From Bryobacterales bacterium (GTDB lineage: Bacteria; Acidobacteriota; Terriglobia; Bryobacterales; UBA6623), in NCBI GenBank assembly GCA_965238125.1, contig OZ250179.1, forward strand, positions 2,918,723 to 2,982,722: a stretch of 64,000 bases of DNA. Reading direction: 5' to 3'. Every line of letters begins with the position of its first letter. The first letter of the stretch is position 1. The notes below the pieces were generated by a model. That model searched no databases and was not told the origin of the DNA. It saw nothing but the letters and a program-made list of their open reading frames with translations. The translations under genes were made by a program, and so were the position numbers. Positions 29,224 through 39,064 of this stretch are shown here, in pieces.

Positions 29224-30192
29224 ATGAAAAACTCGATATCGAGACGCACTTTTCTGGGCGGAGCGGTTGCGGCCGCTTCTCTTTCAGCCAACGGCAAGCT
29301 GCCCTCGCGGACGCTGGGGCGGACCGGCGAACAACCTTCGATCTTGGGTTTCGGCTGCGGCAGCCGCCTCGGCATGTACAAGACCCAGGACCGCGCTGTC
29401 GAAGTTCTCAACATGGCTCTCGATGCCGGGATCAGCTACCTTGACACCGCTCAGGTCTACGGCCGGGGCAACAGCGAAATCTGGGTCGGCGAAGTGATGA
29501 AAACCCGCCGCAAGGGCGTATTTCTGGCGACGAAGACGGTGGCCCGAACCGCCGACGACGTGCTGCGACGGATGGACACAAGCCTCGCGAAACTCAACAC
29601 TAATCAAGTCGACCTGCTTCATCTCCACAGCTTGGGAGGCCCCGAAGACCTCGAAAAGGTCGAGAAGAACAAGGTCATGGAGGCCCTCTACAAGGTTCGC
29701 GAGCAGAAGATGGCGAAGTACATCGGCATCACCTCGCATACGGATCCGGAAGTGCTGGCAGCGGCACTCGAACGCTACGACGTCGACTGCACGCAAATGG
29801 CGCTCAACGCGGCTCTCCAGGGGATGCAAAGCGGCCAAGGGGGTATGGCCCTGAATCCCGCGATCACAACCAGCTTCGAGAAGATCGCCCTGCCGGTCGC
29901 GAAGCGGAAAGACATCGGCGTGATTGCGATGAAGGTCTTCGGTCAGGCGCGGATCATGCCGATGGAAGATGATTTCGAGGCGGCCGCCCGCCTGTTGCGG
30001 TACTCGCTGTCGCTTCCGGTGGCGGTCGCCGTCATCGGTTGTCCGAAGCATGAGCATCTGACGAAGAACATCGAGACCGCCCGCTCGTTTGAACCCATGG
30101 AACCGAGCGAAATGCAGCGTTACTCCGACGCGCTTTCGGAACGCTACAAACAGGCGCTGGACCGCGAGTTTGAAGACCACGTCGACGTCTAA
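29224..30192 (+). CDS. Aldo/keto reductase (Tat signal)
   Basis: SRRTFLGG signal, LGRTG, GISYLDTAQVYG, FLATK, VDLLHLH, IGITSH, GVIAMK. Confidence 0.92.
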   Translation: MKNSISRRTFLGGAVAAASLSANGKLPSRTLGRTGEQPSILGFGCGSRLGMYKTQDRAVEVLNMALDAGISYLDTAQVYGRGNSEIWVGEVMKTRRKGVFLATKTVARTADDVLRRMDTSLAKLNTNQVDLLHLHSLGGPEDLEKVEKNKVMEALYKVREQKMAKYIGITSHTDPEVLAAALERYDVDCTQMALNAALQGMQSGQGGMALNPAITTSFEKIALPVAKRKDIGVIAMKVFGQARIMPMEDDFEAAARLLRYSLSLPVAVAVIGCPKHEHLTKNIETARSFEPMEPSEMQRYSDALSERYKQALDREFEDHVDV

Positions 30193-30193
30193 G

Positions 30194-31859
30194 CCAGGAT
30201 TTCCATTTTGGCCCTGGCACGGTCACAGGATACACCCCCGCTGCGCCGAATACCACGTCTTTTCGCGCTGAACCCTGCACATCACCTCCGCCGGTAGGCG
30301 CCAGGGCTCGTCCGTCCGCTCACAGACGTTGATTGAGCGGACTGAACGGCGCTCCGGCCGACACTGCTCCCTGCGAAACCTTTTTGGAGCCAAAAACTGT
30401 TGATCCTCGCCCGGGCAACGCTACCCACCCGGCACAGGCAGCGCCCAGATCCTATGCAGCATGTCACCGAACAGCCGCCGGTTCAGATGCCCCTCCGCCA
30501 GCAGCAACCAGTAGTAGCGAGCATGCTTGACCAGCCGACCGCCGGTCTTCATCAACCTGTGTTGCAAACTCGTTAGCGACCAGCTTTTGATTCGCTGCGG
30601 CAGCCCTAGCCGCCGCCACAGGTTGCCCAGGTTGTAGGCCAGCACGCTGAGTTGCAGCCGTACCTCGTTGGCTCGGAAGCGGTGACACGACAAGCGGGTC
30701 CAGTGCGTGGCCTGTTTGCCTTCTTTGATCCACTGCTCCGCCGTGCCGCGCTTGTTGTAGAACCGCACGACCGAGCGGCTCGGCAAGCTCATGCTCGTCA
30801 CGACAAATCCGACGCGCGGGAATAGTTCGCCCTGGTGATGCTCGACCTTGGCGACAACTCGCCTTGCCTTCGACCAGCTCTCGGCCTGATAGCGAAAACT
30901 CTTGTAGCGCACTAGGGGCTTGGCGTTCGGCCTGCCCGGTGGCCGAAACAGGATGTCCTCGATCTCCAGCTCCAGGCTCTTGTTCGCCGGGATGCGAATC
31001 ACGTAGTCCACGCCGCGCTCCTCCATCGCCTCGTAGATCTCGGGCTTGGCGAAGGCGGCGTCGGCGCGGAACGTCACCTGTTTGCCCTCCGCCTGTTGTC
31101 GTTCGATCTCCGGCAGTAGCAGCTCGTCCCAGTCCTCGGCGCTGTGCACGTTGCCGGGACGCAGCTTCGCGCCTAGGCAGTCGCCGTGCTGGTTGAACAG
31201 CAACAGCGGGTGATAGCAGAGGGACTCAAAATGGCCGTTGTAGGCACTGCCTTCCTGTTGGCCGTGGACGGGGCTCTCCGTGGAGTCCATGTCGAGCACC
31301 ACGCGGTCTGAACCGTCGGGAGCTTCGGCTTGCGCGACCAGCTCCCGGTTCACTGCCATCAGCCCCAGCAAGTTCTCTTCGCTCGCCAGCATCTCCGTCT
31401 CGAAGCCATGCAGCGTCGAGGTCAAGGCTGCTCCGCGATCCCAGTTCCTCTTCGAGCCGATCAAGCGAAAGGTCGGATCGGCGGATACTCGAACGGCGTC
31501 ATTGAGGTCCTCGTAGCCAGCGAGTCGGCTGTAGACCGACTGCCGCAGCAGATCGGCCAGCGCGAACTTCTTGTTCAAGCCTTGTCGCGAGTCGCTGAGA
31601 TGCTCGTCGATCAGCTTCCCGAGTCCGAGTCGTTCATCCAGTTCGCGAACGAGAATCAGACCGCCATCCGAGGTGACTCGCGATCCTTGGAAATCGACTT
31701 TGAGAAATCCATTGAACGTGAGCTGAAACGGCTTGTTTTCTTTTTCACCCATCGGGTGTTGACCTCCATGGCGTCCTTATCGGGCTCTAGCCCCTATCAA
31801 TAAAGACGCTGAAGGTCGCTGGATGGTCTGAAGCTCATACATCAAATTGAAAATGCGGG
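30194..31859 (-). mobile_element. IS1380-family element, intact (transposase 30421-31752)
   Basis: Imperfect TIRs CCAGGATTTCCATTTTG / CCCGCATTTTCAATTTG; 5-bp TSD CTAAG (30189-30193, 31860-31864); 443-aa ORF with TSDGG, LDMDST, RADAAF and RGTAEQWIKEGK. Confidence 0.95.
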
Positions 31860-32093
31860 CTAAGGGCGTTGGGGGGCGAGGGTCGCGAAGCCGCCGCCTC
31901 GGATAAAGTGGAAATCATGAGCCTTGCTCCCCGCCGCGACTGCGATTGGCAAACGCGAGTACGAGCGACTGCCGCGGTTCAAGAAACGCCACGATGCGTC
32001 GGCCGGCGAGGTCACCGACTGGGAACGACGCTATTATTCCGAACTTATCCGAACTCTTGCGCAAGGCCGAATACGCCTTCGACCTTCGGGGTG

Positions 32094-34172
32094 TCAATAC
32101 GAGTCGACACCTACTCGACTCAACAGAAAGGCTTGCTCCGTCGCGCTGTCGTTCACCACAACCGAGAAGGGACGCCCGCCGGCATGGCCGCCCTTGGCAT
32201 CAAAACGCAGCAGGATCGGCTGATCTGATCGCGTTGCCCAGCGAAGCTTTGCCGTCATCTTCAGAGCCTGCTGTGGTGGAACCCGTGTGTCGCCTTCCCC
32301 GGTGGTCAGCAGCACGGCCGGGTACTCCACGCCCTCCTCGACCCGTTCGTACGGAGAGTAAGCGCGCAGAAACTCGAAGTGCTCCGGGTTGGACCCATCG
32401 CCGTACTCGAGAAGCGCGGGGGGATTGTTGTTCTCCTTATACCGCCAATAACGAACCATGTCGAGGTCGGGATAGGCACACACTACAGCCCTGAACAGAT
32501 CCGGACGCTGCGTCAAGGCCGCGCCCACCAGCAGGCCCCCGTTGCTCACGCCCCGGATAGCTAATCGTTGGGGATTTGTGTAGTTGTTATCGATTAACCA
32601 CTCCGCGGCGGCGATGAAGTCGTCAAACACATTCTGTTTGGCGGCAAGCATTCCGGCACGGTGCCACTCGTCTCCAAATTCGCCGCCCCCTCGAAGGTTC
32701 GGCAAAGCGAAGACGCCGCCGATCTCGGCCCAAAGCACCGCGATCGGCCGGAACGCCGGCGCCATGGGGGCGTTGAATCCGCCGTAGCCGGTCAACAGGA
32801 CCGGGCGGTCGCCGTCCGGCTCCAGACCTTTCTTGTGCACCAGGAACATCGGTACTCGGGTACCGTCCTTCGATTCGTACCACACCTGTTTCGTCTCGAA
32901 GTCGGCTTCGTCGACGGGCGCCCGCAGCGCAAACCACTCTTGTCGTTTCCGCGTCGTCGCGTCGTAGCGATAAATCTTGCCCGGGTTGCTAAACGACGAA
33001 TAACCCATAAATGCTTCGTCGCTATTCCAGCGTCCCGCAATCCATCCCGAGGAATTCTCGGGGAGTTTCACTTCGTCAACAGGCTTTCCTCCGAGCGTGA
33101 ATACGCGGATTTTTGTTGCGACGTTGTGCAGATAGTTGACGAATAACTTGCTGGCGATCACAGAGAACCACTGGATCGCGTCCTCACCCTCGGGAATGAC
33201 TTCTCGCCAGTTATCCCGCGCCGGCTTCTCCACATCGATCATCAAAATGCGCCGATTGGGTGCTTTCCAGCCGGTCTGCACGGCGAGTAGGCGCGGACCG
33301 GCCCACACGGGTCGAAACAATGCCTCAACATCTCGTACAATTGCCCGCGGCGGTTGGTTACCCGGCAGTTCTTTTACCCAGATCTCGTTGCGCGCCCAAC
33401 CATGCTGAGCCGTAATCAGCAGGTAGCCTCCCTGGTCCGCAACCGAAGCGGACAGGAAGACATCCGGGCCGTACCCTTCTCCGAACACCACGCGATCCTT
33501 GGACGAATCGGTCCCGATTTCGTGTCTGTAGATTCGTGCCCCGGCCTCTCGGTCGCGCAGGGAGTAGAAAAACGCCCTCTTGTCCTTGGTGAACGACACG
33601 CCCGCGTAGAGCCCTTTGGGCAAACTGTCGGAGATATCTTGCCCGCTATCGACATCCAAAATTCGAATCCGAACCTCGTCCTGTCCGGAGCCGCGGACGC
33701 CGTAAGCCGCAAGTTTGCCGTCATGAGAAACGCCGAAAAGGTTTACCGAAACCGTCTTATCGTCGCTGAGGGTGGAGGGGTCGATGAGAAGTTTGTCCTC
33801 GGAATCGATTCCGTCGCGGTAGTAAACCGACCAGAGATCCTCTTCCGCCCGCCGCTTGGAGAAAAAGTACCGCCCGCCCCTTTCATAGGGCGCGTTCGTC
33901 CGATCAATCCGCATCAGTTCGCTTAAGCGTTGCCGCACGGGTTCGCGCCCCCGCAGCTGCTCAAAGTGACCGGCGCTGTAGGCATTTTCCGCTGCAAGCC
34001 AGCTCCTCGTTTCCCGGCTTTCCAAGTCCTCCAACCAGTGGTAAGGATCCGACATTGGGAACCCGTGCATCACCTCTTCGTGCTGAACGCGCGGCGTTTC
34101 CGGGGGACTCAAGTTTGCGTCGACGCCACATCCCGAAAGCAGAATGCATAGCAGCACCTTTCCCTTCGGCAT
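32094..34172 (-). CDS. Prolyl oligopeptidase (S9A), probable lipoprotein
   Basis: SDPYHWLED, GYGGF, RGGGEFG, GVSNGGLL (nucleophile), DTRV, GGH. Start MPKGKVLLCILLSGC (lipobox). Confidence 0.93.
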   Translation of the reverse strand: MPKGKVLLCILLSGCGVDANLSPPETPRVQHEEVMHGFPMSDPYHWLEDLESRETRSWLAAENAYSAGHFEQLRGREPVRQRLSELMRIDRTNAPYERGGRYFFSKRRAEEDLWSVYYRDGIDSEDKLLIDPSTLSDDKTVSVNLFGVSHDGKLAAYGVRGSGQDEVRIRILDVDSGQDISDSLPKGLYAGVSFTKDKRAFFYSLRDREAGARIYRHEIGTDSSKDRVVFGEGYGPDVFLSASVADQGGYLLITAQHGWARNEIWVKELPGNQPPRAIVRDVEALFRPVWAGPRLLAVQTGWKAPNRRILMIDVEKPARDNWREVIPEGEDAIQWFSVIASKLFVNYLHNVATKIRVFTLGGKPVDEVKLPENSSGWIAGRWNSDEAFMGYSSFSNPGKIYRYDATTRKRQEWFALRAPVDEADFETKQVWYESKDGTRVPMFLVHKKGLEPDGDRPVLLTGYGGFNAPMAPAFRPIAVLWAEIGGVFALPNLRGGGEFGDEWHRAGMLAAKQNVFDDFIAAAEWLIDNNYTNPQRLAIRGVSNGGLLVGAALTQRPDLFRAVVCAYPDLDMVRYWRYKENNNPPALLEYGDGSNPEHFEFLRAYSPYERVEEGVEYPAVLLTTGEGDTRVPPQQALKMTAKLRWATRSDQPILLRFDAKGGHAGGRPFSVVVNDSATEQAFLLSRVGVDSY

Positions 34173-34767
34173 GGGAGAGCTCGCGAGTTGGCTTAATGGA
34201 GGCGATGGCATGGGTAACGAGTTGCTGTGTTCCGGGAATGCTGATTCGTTTGCAAGGCGACTCGGAACCGGTCGCGCTTCTGGTTCACCCGCGGCTGCCC
34301 CGGTTCGATCGCGGCATCCAGTATAGGTGGTCAACGTGAGAAGCGTCTGGATCGACGCTCTTCATAGCCGCCGTCACCGACGACGACGGCGACAGCTCAA
34401 CCGACACCGTCCGAATTCAAGTCGATCCGGATGACATACGATTCCGAGTACTGACGCCACAATGCGGCCTCTGATTCCTGTCTTCTGCTGTGCCGACAGC
34501 GCGGGCGGCAAGGCCTGTGAGAAAACCCTTTTCTCGCCGGCTAACCATCTGCGTGTGTTCTGCTCGGCAGCTCGTCGGAGCGGCGGAAGCCGGGCCGACT
34601 CAGCACGTTGGCGAGGCCGAAAAAGCGTAGTTCGTGAATACGCTGGTTCTCGCTGCCTATTGAGGAGCGGCTCGCACAAATGATCCGGCGATTGCCGGGA
34701 CCGCGAGCCCCGCGGAGGACGCCTGCCCGCGGCCCGGAACTGCAACTCAAGATGTCCGCGATGCCGC

Positions 34768-34960
34768 TACGGCGCCGAGTAGACGTCGTAGGAGACGCGA
34801 TTTGCCTCCAAGTCGCACTCGCCGACGCCGAAACATTGGAGTCGGTTGAGCCACAGGTAGTCGGGGTGGGCGGTCTGAAAGCGGGGCGCGTTGCGAACCG
34901 GCATCTTGGTCGGCAGATCATTGGCCAGGAACCGCTCGTAGCCGTCGGGACCAGCGTCGA
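34768..34960 (-). pseudogene. DUF3237-family C-terminal remnant
   Basis: Manual translation DGYERFLANDLP..PRFQTAHPDYLWLNRLQCFGVG..VSYDVYSAP*; no recognisable 5' part. Confidence 0.6.
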
Positions 34961-35070
34961 CGCAACGGGTTCGGCCGCTCCTATGCCGTCCGAAACGAAC
35001 GAAATAGTATCTTCCGCGGATTGCTATCGAGAATTCCGCATCCCATGAGCAATTCCACCGTTTATTCCTT

Positions 35071-36637
35071 CTAGGAGTCTGTCCGAGTATTCATTATCTT
35101 CTTGGAGAAAAAACAAAAGTGGGGGATAATGGTTTATGGGCAAAACCTACCGGGCCTACCTTCCCGAGCAGAAACTGCTGCTGCCTCCCAGTTTGCAGGA
35201 TTGGCTGCCCGAAAACCACCTCGTCTATTTCGTCAACGACCTCGTTGATCAACTGGATTTGTCGGCCATCGAGAAGGTCTATGAAAGGGAGCAGCGCGGG
35301 CAGCCGCCTTATCATCCGCGGCTGATGGTCAAACTGCTGCTCTACGGCTATTGCCTGGGCGTGCGCTCCTCGCGCCGGATCGCCCGGCGGCTGGTCGAGG
35401 ACGTAGCCTTTCGCGTGTTGGCGGCCGGCAACCAGCCCGACTTCCGCACGATCTCGGATTTTCGCAAGATCCACCTGGAAGCCCTCGAGGGGCTGTTCCA
35501 ACAAGTGTTGCGGGTGGCGCTCGAGAGCGGGGCGATGAAGCTGGGTCGGGTGGCGCTCGACGGCACGAAGATGAAGGCCAACGCCTCCAAGCACAAGGCC
35601 ATGAGTTACGGGCGGATCCAGCACAGCGAGCCACAGTTGGCGGCCGAGGTGAAGCAAATGTTGGCCGAAGCCGAAGCAGTCGACGCGGCGGAGGACGCGC
35701 GCTACGGGGCCGAGAAGCCGGGCGACGAATTGCCCGAGGAGTTGCAACGCCGGCAGACGCGGCTGGAGAAGATTCGCCAAGCCAAGCAGGCGCTGGAGCA
35801 ACGAGCGAAGCAACGGGCGCAACAGCAAGCCGCCGCCGCGGCAAGCCGAACCGCGCGACAAAGATCAATACAATTTCACCGATCCGGAGTCGCGCATTAT
35901 GAAAAGCGGCGACGGGTTCGTGCAGGGCTACAACGCACAGGCGGCGGTCGAGAGCGTGGCGCAATTGATTGTCGGGCAGACGCTGACCGAGGCGGCGAAC
36001 GACAAAGAGCAACTGGCGCCGTTGGTGGAAGCGGTCGAGCGGCAGTCGGGGCAACGGCCCGACGAAGTGTTGGCCGACAGCGGCTATTGTTCGGAGAAGA
36101 ACTTGGAATCGTTGGAAGCGCCCGAGAAGCCTGAGCAAAAGATCGAAGCGTATATTGCCGCCCAGAGACACCGGCGCGGACAACGGGCGTCGCCGCCGCG
36201 GGGGCGGATCCCGAGCCACCTCACGCGAGTCGAGCGGATGGAGCGCAAGTTACGGACGAAAGCGGGAGCGAAGATGTACGCGCAACGCAAAGGGATCGTG
36301 GAGCCGATATTCGGACAGATTAAACAAGCCCGCGGGATTCGTCAATTTTTGTTGCGGGGGTTGAAGAAAGTGCGGGGCGAGTGGGCCTTGGTGTGCTTGA
36401 CGCACAATATTTTGAAGATGCACGGGCTGTGTGGCGGAGCGTGATGGAGAAAAACCGGGAAGGGGGCGCCGGCGAGGCGCATGGAGGGCTCTGGAAGCCG
36501 TTTTGGGCGGCCCGCGCGGTTTGTTTGTGGCGCCCGGCGGTCGACGAGCCTTCCGCGCCCGTGCGTCGCTGACCTCGGCGCCCGAATCTCCCGCCCTGCC
36601 GGAACTGTGCCAAGTTGTTACTCGGACAGACTCCTAG
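35071..36637 (+). mobile_element. IS1182-family element, transposase 35136-36444 frameshifted near 35845
   Basis: Perfect 19-bp inverted ends CTAGGAGTCTGTCCGAGTA (the CTAG may be the TSD). Motifs LLPPSLQDWLPENH, PPYHP, SSRRI, PDFRTISDFR, DGTK, NFTDPESRIMK, ADSGY, RKGIVEPIFG. Confidence 0.93.
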
Positions 36638-36738
36638 GCTTCCAGTCGGTTCCGACGGCCGCTTCGGCCTTGGTTTATCCGGTTTGTCCATCTGGTGTAA
36701 ACTTACGGATGACATCGTAGTAATGTCGAAAGCCCGGG

Positions 36739-37011
36739 ATGACCGTCCAACTTGATTTTTCCGCGAAGGAGCAGGCTGCGCTTGAAGCCGAGGCGAAGGC
36801 CGAGGGTCTGAGCGTTGAAAGTTGGCTCAAGAAACTCGCTCGCGAACGTGCTTCGCTTCCCCAAGAACCAATCTCACAAGATGACCGGCCGATCTGGGAA
36901 CTCATTCTCGAAAATACGAAGAACGTACCACGAGAAGCGTTCGACAGGCTTCCCACCGATGGAGCGAGCCAAGTCGACCATTATCTCTACGGTCACCCGA
37001 AACGCGACTGA
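36739..37011 (+). CDS. Putative antitoxin
   Basis: 90 aa ending DGASQVDHYLYG; TGATG overlap with the PIN toxin. Confidence 0.7.
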   Translation: MTVQLDFSAKEQAALEAEAKAEGLSVESWLKKLARERASLPQEPISQDDRPIWELILENTKNVPREAFDRLPTDGASQVDHYLYGHPKRD

Positions 37012-37424
37012 TGGGGCCGGTTTTCGCCGACACATTTTATTGGATTGCACTCACCAATGTGAAGGATGCGGCCCACGAGCAAGCCAAGGCATTCAGCCGT
37101 TCAAGCTCTCTCAGCTCGATCGTCACAACTGAGTTAGTGCTGGTCGAGTATCTGAATTACTTCGCGGCGTGGGGTTCGGAGTTTCGGCTCATGGCGTTGA
37201 CGAATACGCGCGGCTTGCGCGCAAGTGCGACAGCGCGCGTTGTGCCCTACACGGCCGAAGCCATTCAGGACGGCCTTGCGCTCTATGCGGAACGCCCCGA
37301 CAAGGGCTACAGTCTGACCGATTGTATCTCCATGCAGCCGATGCGCCGGGAAGGGCTCACCGAGGTCCTGACCAATGACCGGCACTTCGAACAGGAAGGC
37401 TTCCGCCCCCTTTTTGGTGACTAA
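37011..37424 (+). CDS. PIN-domain (VapC-like) toxin
   Basis: VFADT, TTELVLVE, YSLTDCIS, LTNDRHF acidic PIN residues. Confidence 0.88.
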   Translation: MGPVFADTFYWIALTNVKDAAHEQAKAFSRSSSLSSIVTTELVLVEYLNYFAAWGSEFRLMALTNTRGLRASATARVVPYTAEAIQDGLALYAERPDKGYSLTDCISMQPMRREGLTEVLTNDRHFEQEGFRPLFGD

Positions 37425-37665
37425 ACATCACAATTCTTGATCTCCAAAGCCGGGACCTCTTGCTGGACCGCAAAGAATAATACCGTCTGGTAAGTGAGAC
37501 GTTGATCGGTCACGGCACTCCTCTCCTACTCCATCTGGAAAGATCCGTCGGCTCGCGGGCGAGTAACGGACCCGTATAGGACGCTTGGTCAAGTTGCTCG
37601 CTCCGCGAACGATACGGGCGCCGGGGCGAATCGGCGTCGGTCAAGTTAAGCAGCCGCCGCCGTTC

Positions 37666-38712
37666 TCACGGTACGTCGAGCGGTAGTGCGACCGGCCTGT
37701 TGTCCGCGGCTGAGCGGTAGCAGGCTTCCACGGCGGCGAAGGTGTTTTGCACGTAGTCGCCGGCTTCGGTCTCGAATTCGGCGCCGGTTCTTAGGCAGTC
37801 GACGAAATGCTGCTGCGCGGCTCGGCAACTGTCGCCCTTGTAGCCTCCCAGGCCCTCGCCCCAAAAAACCTGCTCGGAATCGCGAAAGACGTCGCCGTTC
37901 CCCTTGAGCGTGAGCACGGCCTCGGAGCCTTCGATGCGTGAGCCGCCCATGACCTCGCCGGGTTCCCGCGGTTCGGCGGCCCGGCTGCCGTCGATGACGC
38001 CCGCAGCGCCGCCGCAGTGCCGCACCGTGATAAAAGCCGCGTCCTCGCCGGCAATGCGCGGGTTGAGCTTCGCGGTGCGGCAGTAGAGATCCTCGATGTC
38101 GCCGAACAGAAAACGTGCCGTGTCGAGGTGGTGAACGAGCGTCTCGAAGACGAGCAATCGAGGCATCTCGGCAAAGTAGGGCTGGTTCGGATAGGGATTC
38201 TCGCCGAGGCCGTCGCGTTGGCGCAGGTCCATGCGGTAGCGGAAGGGGCTGCCGATGTCGCCGGCCGAGATGAGCTCGGCTATCTTGCGGTACCAAGCCT
38301 GCCAACGCCAATTTTCATTGATCATCAAACGGATGGCCCCCGCTCGCGCGGTTTCGACAATGCGAACGCTTTCTTCCCAGGTTTCGGCGACCGGTTTTTG
38401 GAGTAGGGTGTTGAGACCCCGAGCTGCCGTTTGCTCAACAAGAGCGCCATGCGAGGCGGGCCGGGTGACGATGTCGACAAAGTCGGGCTTCTCGGTATCG
38501 AGCATCTCGTCGAGGTCGCCATAGGGCCGAAGATCGAAGTCGGCGGAGAATCTTTCAGCCGTCGGCCGGTCGAGGTCGCAAGCGGCCACGATGCGGGCAC
38601 CGCTAACGCGCGGCCAGGCTTCCATTTGAATGCGGCTGAAAAAGCCGCATCCGACGGTGACGCCGGTGAGGGGGTCTTGGCGGTCCCGGCTTGACTTTCT
38701 TGGGATCATCAC
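37666..38712 (-). CDS. Gfo/Idh/MocA-family oxidoreductase
   Basis: VGCGFFS, DFVDIVTRP, LLQKP, NENWRW, LVHHLDTARF. Confidence 0.9.
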   Translation of the reverse strand: MMIPRKSSRDRQDPLTGVTVGCGFFSRIQMEAWPRVSGARIVAACDLDRPTAERFSADFDLRPYGDLDEMLDTEKPDFVDIVTRPASHGALVEQTAARGLNTLLQKPVAETWEESVRIVETARAGAIRLMINENWRWQAWYRKIAELISAGDIGSPFRYRMDLRQRDGLGENPYPNQPYFAEMPRLLVFETLVHHLDTARFLFGDIEDLYCRTAKLNPRIAGEDAAFITVRHCGGAAGVIDGSRAAEPREPGEVMGGSRIEGSEAVLTLKGNGDVFRDSEQVFWGEGLGGYKGDSCRAAQQHFVDCLRTGAEFETEAGDYVQNTFAAVEACYRSAADNRPVALPLDVP

Positions 38713-38740
38713 CTTCTGTGATTCCGGGGTAGGTTCATCT

Positions 38741-39057
38741 GATACCGCTTACTCACGTGCGCGGCTCGGTTTGGGAATCGCATACCGCTTGATGACTCTC
38801 GCATCGGTTTCGGCACGGCAAACTGAGCCGCGCACGTGAGTAAGCGGTATGAGATGAGGCCAGTCGGCGCGAAGGACGGTGGCGTGAGCGTGGCGCCGGC
38901 AACGTGGAAATCTCTTTGCCGAATCGGCAAGGGGCCGGCCTCGATGATTTGGCGGCCGGGACCGAGGTCCCGGGGCGACTCTCTTGGAATCATCACCTTC
39001 CGTGGTTCCAGGATCGGTTCATCGGATACCGCTTACTGACGTGCGCGGCTCGGTTTG
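38741..39057. repeat. REP-like family (AAACCGAGCCGCGCACGTNAGTAAGCGGTAT): copies at 38741-38772 (-), 38820-38850 (+), 39025-39057 (-); another at 59194-59230 (+)
   Basis: Direct sequence comparison of the four copies. Confidence 0.75.
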
Positions 39058-39064
39058 GCGCGAC

